The notes below the pieces were generated by a model that had not been told where the DNA came from, ran no database searches, and saw only the letters and a list, made by a program, of their open reading frames with translations. The position numbers and the translations under genes are program-made. 64,000 nt of DNA from an uncultured delta proteobacterium (GTDB lineage: Bacteria > Myxococcota_A > Polyangia > Polyangiales > Polyangiaceae), in NCBI GenBank assembly GCA_963716725.1, contig CAVQUB010000005.1, forward strand, positions 288,001 through 352,000. Direction: 5' to 3'. This document shows, piece by piece, positions 57,602 through 64,000 of this stretch (position 1 is its first letter; every line of letters begins with the position of its first letter).

Positions 57602-60466
57602 GGGGTCACTCCTCGGTAGGGCGCGCCGAGATCCACCCATCGCACGAAGGTCCTGCGTTCGTCGTCGTTGAGGGGCGGGTCCCCCACGCAGCTGCCTCCG
57701 CCGAGCGATCGCCCAGCGCCGAACTCGCGGGCGTAGAGTCGCTCGATCAAGTGGCTCTGGAACGCGCTTGGGGTCTGGGAGTCCACGTAAGCGAAGCCGT
57801 TGCTGGAGCCCTGGCCCTTCTGCAAGAGCGCCAAGTAGGCGCTGTCGAATGGGGGGGCGGGTGAGGGGGTCAAGCTCGAGATCTCCCTGGGGCGCCGCGC
57901 TATCGTGGCATTTCTGGCACGAGCGCGCGATGAGGGGTGCAATGTCCGCGACGTAGCTGACCGCGATGCGGTCCGCGCCGACGCTCACCGGCTTCCGCGG
58001 TCGGCGGGCGTCGCCGTTTTCGTGGGTGGCCAGGGTGAGCGAGGCCGCGGTGACGATGTCGGGCACGGGCCCGCCCACGTCCTTCGGGTCGCCGCTCACG
58101 CCGCCGTGGCAGCCCGCGCACAGCGTCGGGTAGAGATCGGGCGACACACCGCCCGGGAACTTCTCGCCGGGCGCGACGTGATTGAATCGGTTGTGCTGCG
58201 TTCCGACGGCCATCCGATCTTTGTTGAGCAGCTGCACGCGGAATGGCGTGTCGGCGGGCACCGACAGGTAGACCGAGCCGCCGAGCAGCGGGGTCTCACC
58301 CAGGATGCGCGCGCGGCCGTGGAGGCTGACGCCCACCGGGGCGGTCGAGTGCTCGTTCGGCGTCTGCGGTACGCTTTCGATGAGCCGCAGGTAGACGAGG
58401 TCGTCGCGCAGCGTCTTCTTTCCGTGTTGCGACAGGTTCGCCATGATGGCCTCGAGGGTCTCGACGTGTCGGAACGCGACGGTGCCGGTGTTCGTCAGGC
58501 GCTCGCTGTCCCAGTCCGGCTCGTGATTGGGATCGTCTTCGAGGGGCCGCGCGACGATGGGTTCGGCGTCGTATTCGGCGACGCCCGGCTCGTCCAAGAG
58601 CACGCTCTCGGACTCGATGCGGGGTCCGCCGAGCTCGCGGCTCTCCACCAGCACCACCCTGCGCAGTCCGAACTCCGGCGAGGCACCCGGGTCGTCCAGA
58701 TCGACCGCGCTCTGGCTGCGAGTCACCAGCAAGCTGCCATCGGGCAGCGGCGCGGGGTGACGATAGAAGCCCGCCGCGGAGGGCCCGCTCGCTGCGACGT
58801 CGTCGCCCGAAAGGTAGGTGAACGCGTGGCGGAAGCCGCCCGTCGAGGTCTGATCGGCGAGAGCCTCCGGCATGTCGGGCCCGAACTGCCGATCGAAAAC
58901 CGCGAGCTTGCCCCCGCGCCAGACGTTGTCCTTGCCGATCATCACGCTGGAGAAGCGGCCGTCGGGAAGCGCCCGAGTCGCGTAGGTGACCCACGGGCTC
59001 TGGCTGATGCCGTGGTGGGCGTGGAGCTCTGGATCACCGTGGTACTTCTTGTTGTGATCGAGCGGCATGCGGAACACCGGAGCCTCGAAGCGCCCGCTCA
59101 GCGTGCGCCGCAGGGTGAAGGCCAGCGTTCCGTAGGATTTGCCTACGCCAAAGAAGGTCGGCGTGGCCGCCGGGAAGGGATCGTGGGTGAGTCGTTCGAG
59201 GGCGCCGCTCGTCGGCTCCACGGCCCAGACGTCGGTGTCGAGCTGGTCGAAGCCGTCGGCCATCGAACCGGTCCGCGTCGAGACGAAGAAGACTCTGCCA
59301 TCGGGGCCGTAGGTCGGCTGCGCATTGGCGGCGACCCCGCCTCCGGGCAGCGCCGCTGCGTCGTGGGTGAGCTGCTTGGCGTTCGCTCCGTCGACGTCGA
59401 TCTCCCAGATGTTGAGGGCTTCTTTCGGATCCCGTCGCATCGCGAACACGATGCGCTTGCCGTCGTGGCGCACGGCCGGATCGCGAACGTCGGCCGGCGC
59501 TTGGTGGAGCGTCTGGGTCAGGTTCCGGGTCTTGCCCGCCGCGGTCGCGGGCTCGAGGACCCACAAATCGCTGCCGGTCGGGCTGTTCTCGAAGGAGAAT
59601 GCACGATCTGGAGCGACCGGGCCGCGCACGAAGACCACCCCACTCACGCTGGGTTTCTCGGTGCCCAGTACGCGGGCGCGTTCGGCGTCTGCCCAGGTCA
59701 CGATGGCCTGCACGGCGGGATCGTCCGCGCCCTCCACGAAGAACATGTCGTTGCCGCCGCGATGGGCGATGCCCCCGAGCTCGATGGGGCGTGTCTTCCG
59801 CACCAAGCGCGACAAAAGGGGGTCGCCGCCCAAGAACAGATGCATGCGCGCGGCGTGATGGTTCTGCCTCAGGCGCGCCTTCGAGAACCTGGGCTCGTCG
59901 TTGATCACCACCGGCGGCGCGAAATTGGTGAAGGGAGCCACGGCACCGTGGCAGCTCTGGTTCATGCACTGCCGTGAGGCGAGATTCGGCAGCACCGTGT
60001 CGCCGAACAGTCGTTCCTCGTCCGTGAGCTCTTCGTCGCCCTCGCCTCCGCCGGTTTCTTCGGCGACCCAGCTGGCGATGGTGCGGTAGTCACTGTGACG
60101 GCGGCTCGAGAACTGGCTGCCCCCCAGGTGGGGATCGCCGCCTGCCGAGGCGGAGAGGGGCTTCTGGAGGAAGGTCGAGAGCTCCGGGTGCTCCCGGGTG
60201 TTGATGCGCCCCTTGGCCGTCTCGTAGGCCTGTTCGAGGTCGGCGATGGTCCCTTGTCCGGTCAGACGCACGTGGAAAAAGGACCAGTCGATGACCTCCC
60301 CCGCGATCTCGGCGTCAGGGCGGACGCCGTGGCACACCGAGCTGAGGCAGGTGTTTTCGAGGATGGGCGCTACGTCCTGGTCGAAATGCTCCCGAGCGGT
60401 GGGCGAGCCGCAGCCAGCGCTGGATAGCGCAGCCAAGAGCCAGAGGGGGACGGACCGCATTCGCAT
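57598..60466 (-). CDS. Hydrazine-synthase-alpha-like multiheme lipoprotein (TolB-like propeller, HZS-alpha middle-like domain, cytochrome c motifs); apparent +1 frameshift at ~57850-57875
   Basis: CLSSVCH, CMNQSCH, CAGCH, CQKCH; DP.VRHDGKRIVFAM, PTYGPDGRVFFVSTR; RILGETPL.GGSVYLSVPADTPFRVQLLNKDRMAV..VAPGE; the shifted frame ends ..WVDLGAPYRGVTP with an ATGA overlap. Confidence 0.75.
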
Positions 60467-60610
60467 GGCACAACCGGAGCGACTCACGTCTAGTGCAACG
60501 TACGCGCCAGGTTCAGAAGCGTAGCGCCCCGAGCGGAGGTCCGGGCGTGATGGACGTCAAGTCCAGGTGCGCCCCTGCGCCGGAGCCGACGCCGGTGCTA
60601 GCCTGGCGGC

Positions 60611-61432
60611 GTGGGCTATATCCCGTGGTTTCTGGCGGCTTCCTGCCTGCTCGCCGCCGGATGCCGGGAGAGCAAGCCCGGCGGTCAAGGCGGGGCCGGT
60701 GGCCTGAGCGGGTCGGGCGGGTGGGCCGGAGTCGGGGGCAGCGGTGGCAGCGTGTCCTGCAGCAGCGCGCCCGAGGTCGTTAGCTTCGTCACGGACGACG
60801 GCGTGAAGCTCGAGGCCGACGACTATCCGACGGGCGAAGGCTTCGGCCCGAGCGTCGTGCTCTTGCACATGATCCCGCCTGCCAACGATCGCACGAACTA
60901 TCCCAAGGTGTTCATCGACGCGCTCTTGGCGAAGAAGGTCCGAGTGCTCGCCGTCGATCGCCGGGGAGCCGGCGCCTCCGAGGGAGTCGCCCAAGCAGCG
61001 TACACTGGCCCCAACGGAAAGCTCGACGTCAAAGCCGCCCTTCGCCACCTGACGAGCGGCGAGTGCGGGGTGGATCCGCTCCGCATCGGTGTGGTCGGCG
61101 CATCCAATGGAACCACCTCGGCCCTCGACTACACCGTTCATGCAGCTCAGAATCCTGACGAAACGTTCCCCGGCGCGCTCGTCTTCCTCACTGGCGGCAC
61201 GTACACGGAGAATCAAACCGTGCTCGGTGATCATCACGCCGACCTCGACGCCTTGCCGATCCAGTTCGTGCATTCGGCGGCGGAGAGCGCCTGGAGCAAG
61301 GGCTACCAATCGGGCGCTCCGGCGACCTGGCGCTTCGAGGAGCTGGATCCGGGCGACCACGGGACCAAGATGTTCGACGCGCGACCCGAGAGCGTCGACT
61401 TGGTCGCCGGCTTCTTGAGCGAAGTGCTCTGA
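60611..61432 (+). CDS. Alpha/beta hydrolase lipoprotein
   Basis: Lipobox AAGC; VVLLH, DRRGAGAS, GASNG, DHGT. Confidence 0.8.
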   Translation: MGYIPWFLAASCLLAAGCRESKPGGQGGAGGLSGSGGWAGVGGSGGSVSCSSAPEVVSFVTDDGVKLEADDYPTGEGFGPSVVLLHMIPPANDRTNYPKVFIDALLAKKVRVLAVDRRGAGASEGVAQAAYTGPNGKLDVKAALRHLTSGECGVDPLRIGVVGASNGTTSALDYTVHAAQNPDETFPGALVFLTGGTYTENQTVLGDHHADLDALPIQFVHSAAESAWSKGYQSGAPATWRFEELDPGDHGTKMFDARPESVDLVAGFLSEVL

Positions 61433-62695
61433 TCATTCGTCGAGGGCGAAGCGCGGGGGGCGCATGCCTCGCCCGGCCTGCGTCTGCAGGTGATCCGCCA
61501 GCGTTTCGAAGGCGATCTCGTCCGCCGTCCGCGCGGGCACGCCGAGCATCTCGGCGCAGCGCCTGAGGAACGCGCGCTCGGCCTCGGACAGGCGCCCATC
61601 GGCGGCGGTCACGTGGGCGATGCCGCGAAGCAGCTCGAAGCGCTCGGCCCCCGCGTTGTCACGCAGCCAGGCCGCGCTCGTCTGCAGCATCGCTTCCGCC
61701 TCGGAGCGGTTCTTGATGCGGGCGACCTCGGCCTCGGGATCTGCGGAGACTGGCAGCAAGAGCTGCACCAGCGTGTTCCAGCCGGCGTCGTCCATCTCGA
61801 TGTCGCCGTCGGTGTAGGCAGCGAGCAGACCGCCCGCCAGGATGAACTCGCGGGCGTTCAGGTCCAGCGGTTCGCTGGGCGCGTAGTCCATGAGCCGGGC
61901 GATGGTCGCTACCTCCTCGTCGACTGCTTCGAGGGTGAGACCACGTTCGCTGGCTTCGCCAAAGAGCTGCAGGGCCCGCACGCGAATCGGGGTCGCCGGA
62001 TGACTGAACTCGGCGAACAGCTCGCGGCGGCTGGCCTTCTGCAGCGACTCGAGCTGCTCGAGGATCGCGGCGATGTCGAAGCGCAGGTGCTCGGGCCCCA
62101 GTCCGCTCTGGATCTTGAAGAAGGCGCTGACCGCCACCTCGAGATCCCCGTTGATGGCGGTGAACCCGGCGCGATCGGCGCTGATCTCGGCCATGCGGTC
62201 CCAGCTCTCGAGCCGCCTCAAGAGCAGCGGTGGCGCCTTGCTCTCGCCAGCCGGGTTCCGGCCAAAGGCCGCGTGGGCCAGGCGAGCCCGATAGTGCCGA
62301 TGGGCCAAGTGCCCCAGCTCGTGCCCGAGCACGAAGGACAGCTCGGCGTCGGTCATGCGTTCGACCAGGGCGCTGGTCAAACTCAGCACGTGGGGCTCGT
62401 CCTCGGCGATGCGGTGCATGGCTGCCGCGTTCACCTGCGGGTCCTGTCCGACGAACATCTCCAGCGGTTCGTCGAAGTCGAGCTTCTCTCTGGCGGCATC
62501 CAATAGGTCGATCAGCCGCGGCGCGATCATTCGGGTCAAGCGAAGCTCCGACGCCAACACGGCGTCGTAGATCGAGCGCGCACCCCCGGACTCGACGAAA
62601 TGGTCGATCAGAACGTCGAGGCCGAAGCGCTGGAACAGGTCGTCGATGAGCGTGCGCTCGGGACCGAAACGGATGGGGTCGAGCACGGTACTCAC
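61433..62695 (-). CDS. M48-family metallopeptidase fused to TerB-like domain(s)
   Basis: VNAAA, FVLGHELGH, EISADRAG, SHP....R; C-terminal ADGRLSEAERAFL. Confidence 0.85.
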   Translation of the reverse strand: MSTVLDPIRFGPERTLIDDLFQRFGLDVLIDHFVESGGARSIYDAVLASELRLTRMIAPRLIDLLDAAREKLDFDEPLEMFVGQDPQVNAAAMHRIAEDEPHVLSLTSALVERMTDAELSFVLGHELGHLAHRHYRARLAHAAFGRNPAGESKAPPLLLRRLESWDRMAEISADRAGFTAINGDLEVAVSAFFKIQSGLGPEHLRFDIAAILEQLESLQKASRRELFAEFSHPATPIRVRALQLFGEASERGLTLEAVDEEVATIARLMDYAPSEPLDLNAREFILAGGLLAAYTDGDIEMDDAGWNTLVQLLLPVSADPEAEVARIKNRSEAEAMLQTSAAWLRDNAGAERFELLRGIAHVTAADGRLSEAERAFLRRCAEMLGVPARTADEIAFETLADHLQTQAGRGMRPPRFALDE

Positions 62696-62744
62696 GCCGG
62701 CTTGCGTATCACGTTTCGGAGCCCGGGCGTGGTGGAGCTGCTGG

Positions 62745-63431
62745 CTAGCGAAAGCGCGCCTGAAACCCCCGCACCACCATGTCCACGCAGGCCTCGATGG
62801 GCAGCGTCGATGTGTTCAGCAGGAGGTCGTAGTCGTGGGGGCTCGAGTGGTCCTTGTCGAAGTGCTGCCGATGGAACGCGGTGCGTTCGGAGTCGATGCG
62901 CAAGATCTTGGTCCGGGCTTCGGTGCGCCCCAGCCCGTCCCGCGCCGCGATGCGCCTCACCCGTGCATCGAGGGGCGCGTAGGCCCGCACGCGGAGCGTA
63001 CGCTTTGGATCCAGGATGTATTGCGACCCGCGTCCGACGATGACGCCCTTGCCGTGGCGCCCCAGTGACAGGATCACCTTGGTGACGTTCCGCAGGTACT
63101 CCGTCGGGGACAGGGCCCCGCCGTCCATCAACTCCGACACCCACTGCTCGATGTCGTCGCGGGCCCGCTCGTCCAGAGACGCCACGAGCTGCTGCCGAAC
63201 CCGCGCCTGTTTCGAGATCTCGTGCACCAGCTCTTGCGAGTGAAACTGGAACTTGAGACGTTCAGCGGCGAGGCGACCGACCTCCGCGCCCCGCGCGCCG
63301 TACTCGCGCGAGACGACGATCATCGGTTTCTGTTCGACCGGTTCCTTCTGCTCGCGCTTGGTCTGGGTCTTCTGCGTCTCCATCCAGCGAAGAAACTGCC
63401 GATTGACGAGTTGATCGATGGTGCGGCTCAT
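62745..63431 (-). CDS. Cytidylate kinase-like family protein
   Basis: VSREYGARG, VIVGRGS, R...H..HF.....P.DYDLLLNT. Confidence 0.85.
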   Translation of the reverse strand: MSRTIDQLVNRQFLRWMETQKTQTKREQKEPVEQKPMIVVSREYGARGAEVGRLAAERLKFQFHSQELVHEISKQARVRQQLVASLDERARDDIEQWVSELMDGGALSPTEYLRNVTKVILSLGRHGKGVIVGRGSQYILDPKRTLRVRAYAPLDARVRRIAARDGLGRTEARTKILRIDSERTAFHRQHFDKDHSSPHDYDLLLNTSTLPIEACVDMVVRGFQARFR

Positions 63432-63468
63432 GCCGCCAGCCTATCATCCATGACCGCAATCCAGGTCT

Positions 63469-63894
63469 TCAGTCCTCCGGCCCCAATCGACCGAGGGCCC
63501 ACTTCAGGCAGTCCACCTCGGTCACGATGCCAATCAGATTTCCGTCCTCGACGACGGGAAGGCAGCCGAACCGGCTCTCGAGGATGAGCCGCGATGCGTC
63601 GACTGCTCGGGTGTCCGGCGTCACGGTCTTGAGGTCGGTCTGCATCACCTCGTGCACGCCGACGGTCACGACTTGCTTGTCGCCCTGAGCGACGGTGAAC
63701 GCCTTCACCAACAGGCGTGCGTGGGCCTTGATGATGTCGCGGTGTGAAACGAGGCCGATGAGCTTGCCGTGTTCGACGACCGGCAAGTGTCGGACGCGCT
63801 CGAGCTTCATCACGTCATCGGCCAGCGCAAGATCGGAGCCGGCCGTCAGCGTGACGACTTCGCGGGTCATGATGTCGGCAACGACGGTGGTCAT
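63469..63894 (-). CDS. CBS-domain pair protein
   Basis: VADIMTR, RHLPVV..GKLIGLVS.RD, GCLPVV..GNLIGIVT..D. Confidence 0.92.
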   Translation of the reverse strand: MTTVVADIMTREVVTLTAGSDLALADDVMKLERVRHLPVVEHGKLIGLVSHRDIIKAHARLLVKAFTVAQGDKQVVTVGVHEVMQTDLKTVTPDTRAVDASRLILESRFGCLPVVEDGNLIGIVTEVDCLKWALGRLGPED

Positions 63895-64000
63895 GGCCTC
63901 ATGCTAGCCGCTGGCGGGGGATGGACGCACCCGCCGCCGCGCGCGGCCAGCCGGTCAAATTTCGTCGGGAGTTCCTGGGGTTGCCGACAGATGTGCGAAT

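Noticed and set aside
52889..60466. Genuine anammox hydrazine synthase / anammox metabolism
   Set aside because: Only the domain architecture is similar; the context is myxobacterial, the proteins are lipoproteins, and no other anammox genes are in the window.

Overview
GC-rich bacterial genomic DNA, most likely from a myxobacterium (Polyangiales/Sorangiineae-like). This rests on a RomR-type polarity regulator beside valS and on several Gly-rich/Cys-rich surface lipoproteins. The left part is housekeeping: a TPR gene end, lpxA-fabZ-lpxD-skp, a cNMP-binding protein, hrcA, romR-like and valS. Accessory lipoproteins, a small redox cassette, trx, an MBL hydrolase and a fabH-like gene follow. Three loci stand out. 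(1) 35134-42334 is a tandem array of five exported DUF4139-like paralogues (order A-B-B-A-B). Their scaffolds are highly similar, but each carries a completely different 22-23 aa cassette at the same internal position, like a bait or specificity loop. (2) Divergent from the array, an Hsp90/HtpG-like GHKL ATPase is coupled to a ~1870 aa partner with a degenerate ATPase domain and repeated Hsp90-middle-like modules. (3) 52889-60466 is an operon with hydrazine-synthase-like architecture (HZS-alpha-like propeller/cytochrome plus a fused propeller/di-heme protein) built around a DUF3570/DUF4266 outer-membrane module. Six otherwise intact genes or gene segments, including essential valS, carry single-base +1 insertions that look like sequencing errors. 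No rRNA, tRNA or CRISPR array was recognised. All family assignments come from motif recognition by eye, not database searches.
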